Below, piece by piece: positions 1-9,826 of a stretch of DNA of 64,000 nt (its first letter is position 1; each line of letters starts with the position of its first letter). The stretch is from an uncultured Gemmatimonadales bacterium (GTDB taxonomy: Bacteria > Gemmatimonadota > Gemmatimonadetes > Palauibacterales > Palauibacteraceae): positions 96,001 through 160,000 of the forward strand of contig CAWANJ010000003.1 in assembly GCA_963783385.1 (NCBI GenBank). The letters are read 5' to 3'. Both the position numbers and the translations under genes were made by a program. The notes under the pieces are model-generated. The model saw nothing but the letters and a program-made list of their open reading frames with translations, did no database searches and was not told where the DNA came from.

Positions 1-394
1 CGAGGGCGGGGGCTCGGGCCGCTGGCTCGAGATTCGAGAGGAGCCGGACGCCCGGCCCGGCCGTTGGGGAACGGGGGGCGTCCACCACGTGGCCTGGCAG
101 GTCGAGGACGACCGGGAACAGGCGGCGCTGCGGGAGCGGCTGGTGGACGCCGGCCTGCAGGTGACGCCTCCCATCGACCGCTTCTGGTTCCGGTCCGTGT
201 ACTTCAGGGAGCCGGGCGGGGTGCTGTTCGAGCTGGCCACGATGGGGCCGGGCTTCGAGCGCGACGAGACCCGTGACGCGCTGGGCGAGAGCCTCATCCT
301 CCCCCCGTGGCTCGAGCCGCGGCGGGCCGCGATCGAGTCGGCGCTGCCACCGCTGGATGTGCCCGCGACTTCGGGGCGCGCCCCTCGCGCCTAG
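1..394 (+). CDS. Ring-cleaving dioxygenase / glyoxalase (MhqA/O-like VOC family), 5'-truncated by window edge
   Basis: Frame open from position 2: ...GGVHHVAWQV...IDRFWFRSVYFREPGGVLFELATMGPGF...LGESLILPPWLEPRR, the typical C-terminus of this family. Confidence 0.85.
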   Translation, partial: EGGGSGRWLEIREEPDARPGRWGTGGVHHVAWQVEDDREQAALRERLVDAGLQVTPPIDRFWFRSVYFREPGGVLFELATMGPGFERDETRDALGESLILPPWLEPRRAAIESALPPLDVPATSGRAPRA

Positions 395-1353
395 GGCGCG
401 CCGAACGCCCTCCGGATCTTCGGCTCCAGGAGGAGCGCCTCCCGGGGCTCGTCGAGCAGCAGGCTCTCCCGAGCATCGAGCGGCAGGGCGCTCTCGGGAG
501 CGAGGCCGACGACCTCGCTCGACCGCACGCCCACGCCGCGGGACGCGGCGGCAGCCCGCACCGCGGCGAACACCCGGGCGGGTGACGTGACCGCCGGGTC
601 CAACAGGTTGGTCGATACCTGGGCCCGCTCCGCGACCCGGAAGCCGAGAGCCTGGACCGCCGGCAGCCCGCCGCTCGAAGTCCGGATCTCCCGCGCGATG
701 CCCCGGGCGACGGCCACATCGTCGGTGTCGAGCAGCACGTTGTAGGCGATCAGCAGGGGCCGGGCTCCGACCGCCGTCGCGCCCGCCGTGGGGTGGATCC
801 GCCGCTCCCCCAGGTCCGGCGCGCGGCCGGGATCCCGTGCGATGCCATCGCGGAGCGCCTCGAAGCCGCCGCGACGGAAGGGGGCCGGGACGACCCGCTC
901 GGGGCGCCGGGCCGCCCGACCGTACAGGAACACCGGGATCCCGAGCTCGTCCGCCACCCGTTCGCCCACCCGATCGGCCAGGCGCACGCACTCGTCCATG
1001 CCGGCGGCCCGGAGGCCTCCGAGGTCGAGTCGATCCAGGGGGACGAAGGGCACCACGTCGGCCGCGCCGATCCGAGGGTGTTCGCCGCGGTGGCCCGCGA
1101 GGTCGATCCGCGCGGCCGCCTCGCGGACCAGCGCGAAGGCGGCCTCTGCCACCGCCGGGGGTGGTCCCACGAACGTATAGACGGTGCGGTGGTGCCACGG
1201 GTCGGAGTCCACGTCCAGCAGCGCCACACCCTCCACGGAGCGCACCGCGCCCGCCACGGCGGCGATCACGTCCGGATCGCGCCCCTCGCTGAGGTTGGGC
1301 ACGCACTCGACCAGGGGCTGGTCCGTCCGACGGGCAGGCTCGACCGTGGCCAT
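391..1353 (-). CDS. ftcD: Glutamate formiminotransferase
   Basis: LVECVPNLSEGRD, D.D..HHRTVYT, HRGEHPRIGAADVVPFVP, HPTAGATAVGAR..LIAYN motifs; ATG at 1353 inside the longer ORF 391..2514. Confidence 0.9.
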   Translation of the reverse strand: MATVEPARRTDQPLVECVPNLSEGRDPDVIAAVAGAVRSVEGVALLDVDSDPWHHRTVYTFVGPPPAVAEAAFALVREAAARIDLAGHRGEHPRIGAADVVPFVPLDRLDLGGLRAAGMDECVRLADRVGERVADELGIPVFLYGRAARRPERVVPAPFRRGGFEALRDGIARDPGRAPDLGERRIHPTAGATAVGARPLLIAYNVLLDTDDVAVARGIAREIRTSSGGLPAVQALGFRVAERAQVSTNLLDPAVTSPARVFAAVRAAAASRGVGVRSSEVVGLAPESALPLDARESLLLDEPREALLLEPKIRRAFGAP

Positions 1354-1361
1354 GGGGAAAG

Positions 1362-2831
1362 CTACCGGCTGTATCCCAGGGTAGCCATGAGGATCGCCTC
1401 CAGGCGCCGGGCGCGGGCGGCCGGGATCTCCGGCCGGACAATGCCGTGGCGGCACACGCCGCGGCCCACGACCTCGCCGTCCAGGGCCACCGCCACGTTG
1501 CCGTTGCCGCCCTCGACGTCGGCCGCGAGCGGCGCGCCCTCCAGGAGGCGGAGACCGTCCTCGAGGCCGAGCCGCACGACCCGGCGCCTCAGATCGGGCC
1601 CCAGCCACCGGAGGCCGTCGTTCGTGGGCCGGAACCCGTACCGGCGGTCCGTGCGCATGACCCGCACCCCGAGCGACACGAAACGCCAGTCGGGCGAAGC
1701 CTCCCAGGCCTCGAGCGGCCACGCGTCGAGCGTGTGCCCCCACAGGCTGTTGCCCCGCACCATCCATCCGGTCGCCTCCAGCCGCTCGGCGGCCACGCCG
1801 AAGCTCGTCGCGAGGCGAGCCTTCCCGTCCTCGACCCGGCGCGCCGCCTCGGCCGGAGCCGGCTCCTCGCCCGGAAAGTCGGCCGGGACGGGCGTCCAGC
1901 CCGGGGCGTGGTCGTCGGACGCGCGGGCCCCCGGTCCCGACTTCCGGAGACGCGCCATGAACAGGCCTCCCGAGTCCAGGTGGTGGGGATACAGGCGCCA
2001 GGCGAGCTCCAGCTCCGGATGGAAGCGGCGCCCCTCGAAGGCGGTGAGCCCGGGGGCGTGGGGCACGTCGAGCCCGATCGGCTCGAGCTCCACGGGCAGA
2101 TCGCCCAGGACGGCATCGATCACGGCCTCGTTCTCCTCGGGGGCGAACGTGCACGTGGAGTAGAGGATGCGGCCCCCCGGGCGGGTGAGCTGGATGGCCC
2201 GCCGGAGCAGCGACTCCTGCAGCGCCGTGGCGTACTCGTGGAAGGACTCGGAGGGTGCTTCCACGTCTCCCCGCTGGCGGCGGACGTTGCCCTCGGCCGA
2301 GCAGGGAGCATCGACCAGGACCCGATCGAACCGGGCGCCGTCGGGAAAGGCGCGGCCGTCCGCGGCCACGCACAGGACGCCCGAGTGGCCGAGCCGGTAC
2401 ACGTTGCCCAGCAGGGCCCGGATGCGCTTCTCGTCCCGGTCGGAGGCCACCAGGCAGCCACGCTCCTCCATCAGGTCCGCCAGGTGGGTCGTCTTGCCGC
2501 CCGGCGCGGCGCACAGGTCGAGAGCGCGCTCCCCGGGCCGCACGCCCAGGGCGGGGGCGGCCACGGCCGTGCTGGCCTGCTGGATGTAGAAGTGGCCCAT
2601 CCAGTGCTCGAGCGTCTTACTGATGGGGCGGGGCTCGACCCGAACGTGGAAGACATCGGGCAGGCCGCGGACCGGCTCCAGCCCGAATCCCTGCGCTTCC
2701 AGTCGCTCGACCAGCTCCGACGTCGCCACCCGGCCGGTGCGCACGCGCACGGTGGTCGGCTCGGGTAGCTCGAGGGCGGCCCGGAACCGGGCCGGGTCGG
2801 GGACGATCTCCAAATAACGGTCCAGCGCCAT
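1362..2831 (-). CDS. RsmB/RsmF (NOL1/NOP2/Sun) RNA m5C methyltransferase
   Basis: LDLCAAPGGKTT, FDRVLVDAPCSAEG, LYSTCTFAPEENE motifs with C-terminal extension; ATG at 2831. Confidence 0.9.
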   Translation of the reverse strand: MALDRYLEIVPDPARFRAALELPEPTTVRVRTGRVATSELVERLEAQGFGLEPVRGLPDVFHVRVEPRPISKTLEHWMGHFYIQQASTAVAAPALGVRPGERALDLCAAPGGKTTHLADLMEERGCLVASDRDEKRIRALLGNVYRLGHSGVLCVAADGRAFPDGARFDRVLVDAPCSAEGNVRRQRGDVEAPSESFHEYATALQESLLRRAIQLTRPGGRILYSTCTFAPEENEAVIDAVLGDLPVELEPIGLDVPHAPGLTAFEGRRFHPELELAWRLYPHHLDSGGLFMARLRKSGPGARASDDHAPGWTPVPADFPGEEPAPAEAARRVEDGKARLATSFGVAAERLEATGWMVRGNSLWGHTLDAWPLEAWEASPDWRFVSLGVRVMRTDRRYGFRPTNDGLRWLGPDLRRRVVRLGLEDGLRLLEGAPLAADVEGGNGNVAVALDGEVVGRGVCRHGIVRPEIPAARARRLEAILMATLGYSR

Positions 2832-2896
2832 GGGGCGAGGGCTAGCCCCGCGCCGGGACGAGGGCAAGTCGTCCGTGCTGCCGGGTAGGGAACATC

Positions 2897-4564
2897 ATGC
2901 GAGTGCACGAGTCCTTTCGGCCCGGAATCGGCGGGCGGCGGGAGGACGGCCGCCGCCCCCGTGGCCGCGGTCCGTCCGCGCCGCGGGAGCGTGGCGCCGC
3001 GTGGAGGCGAGGTGCGGCCATGGGCGCCGCCTGCCTCGCGGCCGCGTGCGCCTCGAGCGGCGCGGCCGGGGGCGGCGCCCGGGTCGGACCCGGTGCACCG
3101 GCCGGCCGTCCCGCAGCCGCCGGCGCCGGTTCGGCCGCGGAGTGCCCCCCGGCGACCGGGCGGAGCGGCGTGCCAGCGGAGCTCCGGGTGGCGGCCCCCG
3201 GCCCCATCGCCGCGGCCGACGTTCCGTCGCCTCGCTCCGCCGCCGAGCGCATCGCCTTCCGCCAGATGTACGGGACCCTGCTGCGCGCCGACTGCGCTGG
3301 GAGCATCCGGCCCGGACTTGCGGACTCGTGGCGCTCCACCGACGGCGGCCACCGCTGGACCTTCCACCTCCGGGGAACGGCCCGCTTCTGGGACGGCACC
3401 CAGGTCACGGCCGGAGACGTGGTGTGGAGCTGGCGGCGCCTGTCGGAATCCCGGACCGCGCCGGGGGCGGAGGGCGGCCTCGCCCTGGATGGCCGCACGC
3501 TCCTGGACATGCCCCCGGCCCTTCCCGACAGCCTCGTGGCGGTGGATGCGGCCACCCTCGAGGTCTACTACGGAGATGCTCCTTCGGCGGCGGCGTTCGC
3601 CGACCCCCGCCTGGCCGTGCTGCGCGCCGGCGCGGGGAGGTGGCCGCTGGGCAGCGGACCCCTCCGGCCGATGTCGCCGTCCGGGGCGGACTCCGGGTCG
3701 CTCGTCCTGGGACCCGCGCTCGGCCCCGGATCCACCGTCATCCTGCTCTCCGGGGCGGGCGGCCCGGCGGGCAATGAGCGCGACCTGCTGGACGCGGGCG
3801 TCGACGTGGTCGTGACGTCCGATCCCCGCACCCGGCGGTACGCGGAGACGCTGCCGGGCTACGCCGTCCTCCCGGAGCCCTGGTCCCGCACCTACGCCCT
3901 CGCCGTGCCTCGCGCGCCCGCGGGCGACGGAGGGAGGCCGGACACGGCGCGCGCGGACATCGCCGCGGCCGGAGCCCGGGCGGCGAGCGACGCGCTCGAC
4001 GCGCTGCGCGCCTCCCTGGCCCGGGACGCGGTCCGGGAGGAAGCCGTGCCCGCCGCGCCCCTGGCCTGGCGGACGCTCCCATCGTGCGCGTCGGCCCCAC
4101 CCGTCCGGGACGGCCGACGCGGCGGGCGGCCGTCCCGACTCGCCTACTCCATGGCGGACGGGCCGGCCCGCGACCTGGCTGACCGGCTCGTGGCGCTGGC
4201 GTCCTCGCCGCCGGGGACGGGTCCGGAGGGGCGGGCCGCGTCCACCCTGCTCGGGGCCCCGCAGGGTCTCGACTGGCGCACGCTCCCCCTCGTGGCCCGG
4301 GTGCTCGAGGTCTCCGTGCGCGCCGCGGAGGAATCGGCCTACATCGTGACGCTGCCGCGGCGGGTGCTGGACCCGTGCGCCGCGCGGCGCGCCCTGGCCG
4401 CCGCCCTCCCGTGGCTCGCGCGGGAGGGAGAGCTCGTGCCGCTGGTCGACACGCGGCCGGCCGTGCTCGTCCGGGACGAGGTGGCTGGCCTGACCGTCGA
4501 CTTCGACGGGACGCCCCGCCTGGACCACGCCGGCCAGCGGCCGGGCGGGGGAGGGCGGCCTTGA
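2897..4564 (+). CDS. Family-5 ABC-type solute-binding lipoprotein-like protein (no permease or ATPase nearby)
   Basis: YGTLLRAD..G.IRPGLADSW..DGGHRWTFHLR...FWDGT.VTAGDV..SW (SBP_bac_5 N-terminus); lipobox-like LAAAC; start may be ATG 3020. Confidence 0.7.
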   Translation: MRVHESFRPGIGGRREDGRRPRGRGPSAPRERGAAWRRGAAMGAACLAAACASSGAAGGGARVGPGAPAGRPAAAGAGSAAECPPATGRSGVPAELRVAAPGPIAAADVPSPRSAAERIAFRQMYGTLLRADCAGSIRPGLADSWRSTDGGHRWTFHLRGTARFWDGTQVTAGDVVWSWRRLSESRTAPGAEGGLALDGRTLLDMPPALPDSLVAVDAATLEVYYGDAPSAAAFADPRLAVLRAGAGRWPLGSGPLRPMSPSGADSGSLVLGPALGPGSTVILLSGAGGPAGNERDLLDAGVDVVVTSDPRTRRYAETLPGYAVLPEPWSRTYALAVPRAPAGDGGRPDTARADIAAAGARAASDALDALRASLARDAVREEAVPAAPLAWRTLPSCASAPPVRDGRRGGRPSRLAYSMADGPARDLADRLVALASSPPGTGPEGRAASTLLGAPQGLDWRTLPLVARVLEVSVRAAEESAYIVTLPRRVLDPCAARRALAAALPWLAREGELVPLVDTRPAVLVRDEVAGLTVDFDGTPRLDHAGQRPGGGGRP

Positions 4565-6369
4565 GCTTCCGGACTCGCCTCGCGCTGGCTCTCGCGGTCC
4601 TGGCCCTGGCGCCCCTGCTCCTGTTCGGGCTCGGCGTGCGGGGCCGCGTGCGCGCCGACCTGGCGAGTCGCTACCGCAGCGAGACCGGGGCGCTGGCCGA
4701 GGGCCTCCGGGTCGAGCTCGGTCGCGACGGCCGGGAGGTCGAGGATCGGCTTCTGGCCATGGCCGACGCCGCTCGCCGCGACAACCGCCTGCGGCTGGCC
4801 CTGGGCGGGCGCGCCGCCGGGGACCGTGCGTATCTCCTCGACTATGCCGGGCGGGCGATGCGTCTGGCCGGCCTCTCGATGCTCCAGCTCCAGGACTCCG
4901 ACGGCACCGTGCTAAGCTCCGGCCACTTCCGGAACGAGTTCGGTCGGCGGGAGCCGGGGGTAGCCGCACTCGTCGAAGGCTCCCCGGACGGCACCGCCCT
5001 GCTGCGAGCCTCCGCTCCTTCCGGCCCCTTCCTCGTCCTGGCCCGGACCGCCCCGGTGCGCGTCGGGAGCCGGTCGCTGGTCCTGGTGGGAGGCGTCGCC
5101 GTGGACTCGGCGTTCCTGGTCCGGCTCGTCCCCGGCCGCGAGGTGGGGCTCCGGCTCTCCGTCCCCGGCTCGTCCCTGCTGATGGTGCCGGCTGGGGGAA
5201 GGGCGTCGGCCGATCCCGGCGGGGCGCGCGTCGTGGAGACGATCCGCATTCCCTACGTGGCGGCGGCCGGGACGGCCGAGTACGACGCGGGCGCCCCGGC
5301 CGTCTCCGACCCCACGGCGCGCCCCGGGGCGGCCGGCGGCTCCGCCCCCCTCGGCGCGGGGCCGGGTCTCCAGGCGACCCTGACCGTGAGCCGGTCCCTG
5401 GAGCCCCTTCGGGCGCTCCGGCGCGGGATCGACGTGTGGTTCGCCCTGGCACTGGTCGCGGTGGCGGCGGCCTCGGTCCTCTTCGGCCTGTGGCTGGCCG
5501 CACGGCTCAGCCGCCCCCTGGGCGAGCTGGCGCGAGCGACCGCACGGCTCGACCTCGATCGCCTGGAGGCGAGCTTTCCAACGGAACGCCCGGACGAGAT
5601 CGGGACGCTGGCGCGGGGGCTCCAGGAGCTCACCCGCCGTCTGCGCGCGGGAGCGGTCCGGCTGCGCGACGCGGAGCGCCGGGCCACGCTCGGCGAAATC
5701 TCCCGTCAGGTCAACCACGATGTCCGCAACGGGCTGACGCCGCTGCGCCACGTGGTACGGCACCTGGCCGAGGTGGCGGAGCGGCAGCCGGATCGCCTGG
5801 CCTCGGTGTTCGAGGAGAGACGAGATTCCCTGGAGGACGGCCTCGGCTACCTCGAGACGCTCGCCACCCGCTACGCGCGTCTCTCCTCGCGGCCCGAACC
5901 TCGTCCCACCGACGTGGGTGCCCTGGTGGAGCGGACGGCGACCGACGCGGGAGGGTCCGGGGCGGAGGTTCGATCCGAGGTCGAGGCGGGGCTCCCGCCG
6001 GCGCTGGCCGATCCGGTGGCCCTCCGGCGTATCCTCGAGAACCTGGTCCGCAACGCGGGGGAGAGCTTCGGCGAAGGGGTCGGCAGGGTGTGGATCCGGG
6101 CCCGGGCCGGCACGTCTCCCGGCCGGGTGCGCCTCGAGGTCGAGGACGACGGGCCGGGGATGACCACGGAGGACCGGGAGCGCATGTTCGAGCAGTTCTA
6201 CACGACGCGACCGGAGGGGGCCGGCCTCGGCCTGGCCATCGTCCGGCGCCTGGTCACGGACATGGAGGGGACGATCGAGGTGGAGAGCCAGCCGGGACGC
6301 GGCACGCGCTTCGTGGTCGAGCTGCTCGCCGCGACGGGCCCGGAGGAGCGGCCGGAGGAGGGAGCGTGA
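4561..6369 (+). CDS. HAMP-domain sensor histidine kinase
   Basis: TTG start overlapping upstream stop; two TM helices; HAMP (RPL..LA...DEIGTLA); H-box VNHDVRN; N-box NLVRNA; DDGPG and GLGLAIV boxes. Confidence 0.9.
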   Translation: MSFRTRLALALAVLALAPLLLFGLGVRGRVRADLASRYRSETGALAEGLRVELGRDGREVEDRLLAMADAARRDNRLRLALGGRAAGDRAYLLDYAGRAMRLAGLSMLQLQDSDGTVLSSGHFRNEFGRREPGVAALVEGSPDGTALLRASAPSGPFLVLARTAPVRVGSRSLVLVGGVAVDSAFLVRLVPGREVGLRLSVPGSSLLMVPAGGRASADPGGARVVETIRIPYVAAAGTAEYDAGAPAVSDPTARPGAAGGSAPLGAGPGLQATLTVSRSLEPLRALRRGIDVWFALALVAVAAASVLFGLWLAARLSRPLGELARATARLDLDRLEASFPTERPDEIGTLARGLQELTRRLRAGAVRLRDAERRATLGEISRQVNHDVRNGLTPLRHVVRHLAEVAERQPDRLASVFEERRDSLEDGLGYLETLATRYARLSSRPEPRPTDVGALVERTATDAGGSGAEVRSEVEAGLPPALADPVALRRILENLVRNAGESFGEGVGRVWIRARAGTSPGRVRLEVEDDGPGMTTEDRERMFEQFYTTRPEGAGLGLAIVRRLVTDMEGTIEVESQPGRGTRFVVELLAATGPEERPEEGA

Positions 6370-7742
6370 CCCGGGTCCTGGTCGTCGACGACGTCCCGGC
6401 CGTGGCGGAGCAGTACGCCTACGACCTCCGGAGGCTGGGCGAGTTCCGCACCCTGGTCGCCACCGGGGGACGCGAGGCGCTCCAGGTGCTGGCCTCGGAG
6501 GCGGTGGACTGCGTGGTCCTGGACCTGGAGATGCCGGGCGTCGACGGCTTCGACGTCCTCACGGCCCTGGCCCGCGAGGGCAGCGACGTGCCGGTGATCG
6601 TGTACACCGGCACCGGCGACTACGATCGCTGCGCGCGGGCCATCCGCCTCGGCGCGTTCGGGTTCATCGACAAGGCCGAGCCGGTACGCCGCGTGGTGCA
6701 GGAGATCCGCAGCGCGCTGGAGCGCGGGCGGCTCGCCGCGGAGGTCGAACGCCTTCGCGATCGGCTCGACGACGATGCGGGGCTGCTCGGCACCAGCGGC
6801 GCCATGCTGGAGCTCAAGGAGCGCATCGCCCGCCTGGCGCCGATCCCGAGCCCCGTGCTCGTCCTGGGCGAGAGTGGCACGGGCAAGGAGCTGGTGGCGC
6901 GCCGGCTCCACGACCTGGGCCGGGGCGAGGGGACCCCGTTCGTGGCGGTGAACGGCGCCGCGCTCCCGGAGAACCTGGTCGAGAGCGAGCTGTTCGGGCA
7001 CGAGAAGGGCGCCTTCACGGGAGCGGACCGGCTCCGGGTGGGGGCGTTCGAGGCCGCCGGTCGGGGCACGCTGTTCCTGGACGAGGTGGGGGAGCTGGCC
7101 TCCGCCACGCAGGCCAAGCTCCTCCGGGTACTCGAGCAGCGCGAGCTCACGCGCGTGGGGGGCACGCGCACGGTCGAGGTCGAATGCCGGGTCGTGGCCG
7201 CCACCCACCGGGACCTGGAGGCCGACGTGGCGGACGGCCGCTTCCGGGAGGACCTGTACTATCGGCTCAACGCGCACGTGCTGCGGGTCCCGCCGCTCCG
7301 GGAGCGGCTCTCCGACGTCCCGCTCCTGGCCGATCACTTCCTGGCCGTCACCTGCGAGCGCTTCGGGGTCGCGCCCCGAAAGCTCGGGCCGGAGGCCGCC
7401 GACCGGCTGTGCGCGTACGAGTGGCGGCGCAACAACGTGCGCGAGCTCCGCAACGTGGTCGAGCGCATGGTGATCGCGGGCGACGGACCCGTGGTCCGGG
7501 CCGATGACGTGCCCGCCGACATCCGGGCCGGCGCCGGGGAGGAATCCGGCGGCGACCTCCTGCCCGCTCACCCGGAGGGGCTCAGCTACCAGGCGCTCAA
7601 GGAGGAGGCCGAGCGCCGCATCGTCCTCGGGGCCCTGCGTCGGCACGACGGCCACGTGACGGAGACGGCACGCGCCCTCGGCCTGGCCGACCATGCCAGC
7701 CTCCTGAAGATCATGCGCCGGCTGGGGATCGAGCGCGGCTGA
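6366..7742 (+). CDS. Sigma54-dependent NtrC-family response regulator
   Basis: Receiver (VLVVDD, LDLEMP), Walker A GESGTGKE, GAFTGA, LFLDEVGE, C-terminal HTH; GTG at 6366. Confidence 0.93.
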   Translation: MTRVLVVDDVPAVAEQYAYDLRRLGEFRTLVATGGREALQVLASEAVDCVVLDLEMPGVDGFDVLTALAREGSDVPVIVYTGTGDYDRCARAIRLGAFGFIDKAEPVRRVVQEIRSALERGRLAAEVERLRDRLDDDAGLLGTSGAMLELKERIARLAPIPSPVLVLGESGTGKELVARRLHDLGRGEGTPFVAVNGAALPENLVESELFGHEKGAFTGADRLRVGAFEAAGRGTLFLDEVGELASATQAKLLRVLEQRELTRVGGTRTVEVECRVVAATHRDLEADVADGRFREDLYYRLNAHVLRVPPLRERLSDVPLLADHFLAVTCERFGVAPRKLGPEAADRLCAYEWRRNNVRELRNVVERMVIAGDGPVVRADDVPADIRAGAGEESGGDLLPAHPEGLSYQALKEEAERRIVLGALRRHDGHVTETARALGLADHASLLKIMRRLGIERG

Positions 7743-7772
7743 GCCCGGGTCCGGCCCCCGCCGGCCCCGTCT

Positions 7773-7824
7773 TGTGTCCATCTGGACACATACGGCCTGC
7801 TCCGAACGTGTCCATTCGGACACA
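7773..7824. promoter_or_regulatory. Two palindromic GTGTCC-N4-GGACAC sites, putative enhancer (UAS) for the sigma54 activator
   Basis: TGTGTCCA-TC-TGGACACA at 7773-7790 and GTGTCC-ATTC-GGACAC at 7808-7823, 34 bp apart. Confidence 0.65.
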
Positions 7825-7912
7825 TTGAGGGCCTCCTCCCCTGGTTCCGACGATCCCTCAACTCGCTATCTCGCAGCGCCCTGTATCCTCCTCGGCTCGG
7901 CGTTCCGCCGGG

Positions 7913-7928
7913 TGGCGGCACGCTTGCC
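7913..7928 (+). promoter_or_regulatory. Putative sigma54 -24/-12 promoter
   Basis: TGGCGGCACGCTTGCC = TGGC-N7-TTGC with exact GG-N10-GC spacing, 65 bp before ATG 7993. Confidence 0.6.
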
Positions 7929-7992
7929 CTTCCACCTCCCCGGTCGCGTGAAACGCACACGGCGCCTTCGGGCGCGGAACGAGGAGGGCACC

Positions 7993-9093
7993 ATGACGGA
8001 CACGAGCAGGCGGAGCGGCGAGCGGGACACGGGGGCCCGCGCGAGGGAGGTGAGGAAGGGGCGCACCTGGCACGGGACCGGGTCCTGGATCCGGCACGCG
8101 GGAGCCGTGCTGGCTGCGGCGCTCATCCTGGCGGGCATGCAGGCGTGTGGGGGGGACGGACCGCCGTCCCGCCACGCGCTCGGCGAGACGACGGCTGGAG
8201 GCCCGGAGTCGGCCTCCGTGGTCGCGCGGCCCGCGTCCAGCGTCACGACCACCCCGGTCGAGGCCGCGGCTCCCGGCACGCCCGGCGTCCCGGCCGGCGG
8301 ATCGGCGCCCGTGGAGGCGTCGCCCACGTCCGGGGTGACGGGACCGGTCAGCTACGCCCGCGCGGCGGCCGCGTACGGGGACGGGCGCTACGACGAGGCG
8401 GTGGCCCTGTTCCGAGCCTACGCCGACCGAAAGCCCGACAACGCGTGGGGTCACTACATGCTGGGGCTCTCCGCCTGGAAGGCCGGACGTCCGCAGCTCG
8501 CCGAGGAGGGCTTCCGGGCCGCCCTGGACCGCGATCCGGACCACCTGAAGAGCCTCGTCAACCTGAGCCGCGTGCTGCTGGAGGACAGCCGGCCGGATGA
8601 CGCCGCCACGACCATCGAGCACGCCCTCCAGGTCGCGCCGGAGGACCCGGCCGCCCTGCGGGTGGCGGGCAACGTGCGCACGGCCCAGGGCCGGCTCGAG
8701 GACGCCGAGGGACTGTACCGGGAGTCGGCGGTCAGGGACCCGGGCCGGGCCTGGACGCTGAACGACCTGGGCCTCGCGCTCGTGCGGCTGGGCCGCTACG
8801 AGGACGCGCTGGCGCCACTCGCCCGGGCCGTCACGCTGCGCCCGCAGGAGCCGACCTTCCAGAACAACCTCGGGGTGGCGCTGGAGCGGACCGGGCACCC
8901 GGACCAGGCGGCCGACGCCTACCGGGCGGCCCTCGAGGCCGCGCCCACCTACCAGAAGGCGGAGATCAGCCTGGAGCGCGTCAAGGACCGAAAGCCCGGT
9001 CCCGGGATCACGCCCGTGGACCTGGCCGCGCTGGCCGAGACGTTCACGGTCGCGTCGCGGACTCCGGCCCGTCCCGACAGCACGGGCCTGTGA
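7993..9093 (+). CDS. TPR-repeat lipoprotein
   Basis: GAGGAGG RBS; hydrophobic segment ending MQAC; Pro/Ala linker; multiple TPRs (WGHYMLG, LVNLSRV, LNDLGLAL, FQNNLGVAL). Confidence 0.85.
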   Translation: MTDTSRRSGERDTGARAREVRKGRTWHGTGSWIRHAGAVLAAALILAGMQACGGDGPPSRHALGETTAGGPESASVVARPASSVTTTPVEAAAPGTPGVPAGGSAPVEASPTSGVTGPVSYARAAAAYGDGRYDEAVALFRAYADRKPDNAWGHYMLGLSAWKAGRPQLAEEGFRAALDRDPDHLKSLVNLSRVLLEDSRPDDAATTIEHALQVAPEDPAALRVAGNVRTAQGRLEDAEGLYRESAVRDPGRAWTLNDLGLALVRLGRYEDALAPLARAVTLRPQEPTFQNNLGVALERTGHPDQAADAYRAALEAAPTYQKAEISLERVKDRKPGPGITPVDLAALAETFTVASRTPARPDSTGL

Positions 9094-9148
9094 CGGCCCC
9101 CCGCGCGCCGGCTCGACCCCGGGCCGGCGCGCGGCTATGCTGGGGGCC

Positions 9149-9826
9149 ATGTGTGGCCGGTATACGCTGCGGCATTCCGAGTCCGATGTCTCCGAGGCCT
9201 TCGATGCGCTGGGGCCGGAGCTCGGGCTCGTGCCGCGCTTCAACATCGCTCCGACGCAGGACATCGCCGTGGTGCGACCGGACGCGGGGGAGGACGCGCG
9301 CCGGGAGCTGGTCGCCGTGCGCTGGGGCCTCCTGCCCGGCTGGGTGAAGGACCCCGACGACTTCCCGACCCTCATCAACGCCCGGGCCGAGTCCGCCCCC
9401 GCCAAGCCTTCCTTCCGGGAGGCGTTCCGGCATCGGCGCTGTCTGGTCCCGGCCGACGGGTTCTACGAGTGGACGAAGACGGCCGACGCAAAGCAGCCGT
9501 GGTTCATCCACCGCGAGGATGACGGGCTGTTCGCGTTCGCGGGGCTGTGGGAGCGGTGGGAGCGGGACGGGCGACGCGTCGACTCGGCCACCATCCTGAC
9601 CACGACGCCCGGTGGGCTTCTCGAGCGACTGCACGACCGCATGCCGGTGATCCTGCCCGGAGAGAGCTGGTCCGCGTGGCTGGACCCCGACCTGGACGCG
9701 CCCGAGGCCTTGCGCCTGCTGGACTCCCACGAAGAAGGGCTCGAGGCGTTTCCGGTGAGCCGGCACGTCAACAGCCCCTCGCACGACGATCCGTCCTGCA
9801 TTCTGGCCGCGGAGCCGGGCGCTTGA
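9149..9826 (+). CDS. SOS response-associated peptidase (SRAP/YedK/HMCES)
   Basis: N-terminal MCGRY, RFNIAPTQ, INARAES, RCLVPADGFYEW, HDRMPVIL. Confidence 0.92.
   Translation: MCGRYTLRHSESDVSEAFDALGPELGLVPRFNIAPTQDIAVVRPDAGEDARRELVAVRWGLLPGWVKDPDDFPTLINARAESAPAKPSFREAFRHRRCLVPADGFYEWTKTADAKQPWFIHREDDGLFAFAGLWERWERDGRRVDSATILTTTPGGLLERLHDRMPVILPGESWSAWLDPDLDAPEALRLLDSHEEGLEAFPVSRHVNSPSHDDPSCILAAEPGA

Noticed and set aside
2471-5503. 1010-aa minus-strand ORF and many similar long Arg/Gly/Pro-rich ORFs (e.g. 9463-11895, 26009-28555, 28098-30449, 37974-40187)
   Set aside because: Shadow frames of recognisable genes; stop codons are scarce at this GC content and the products show no motifs
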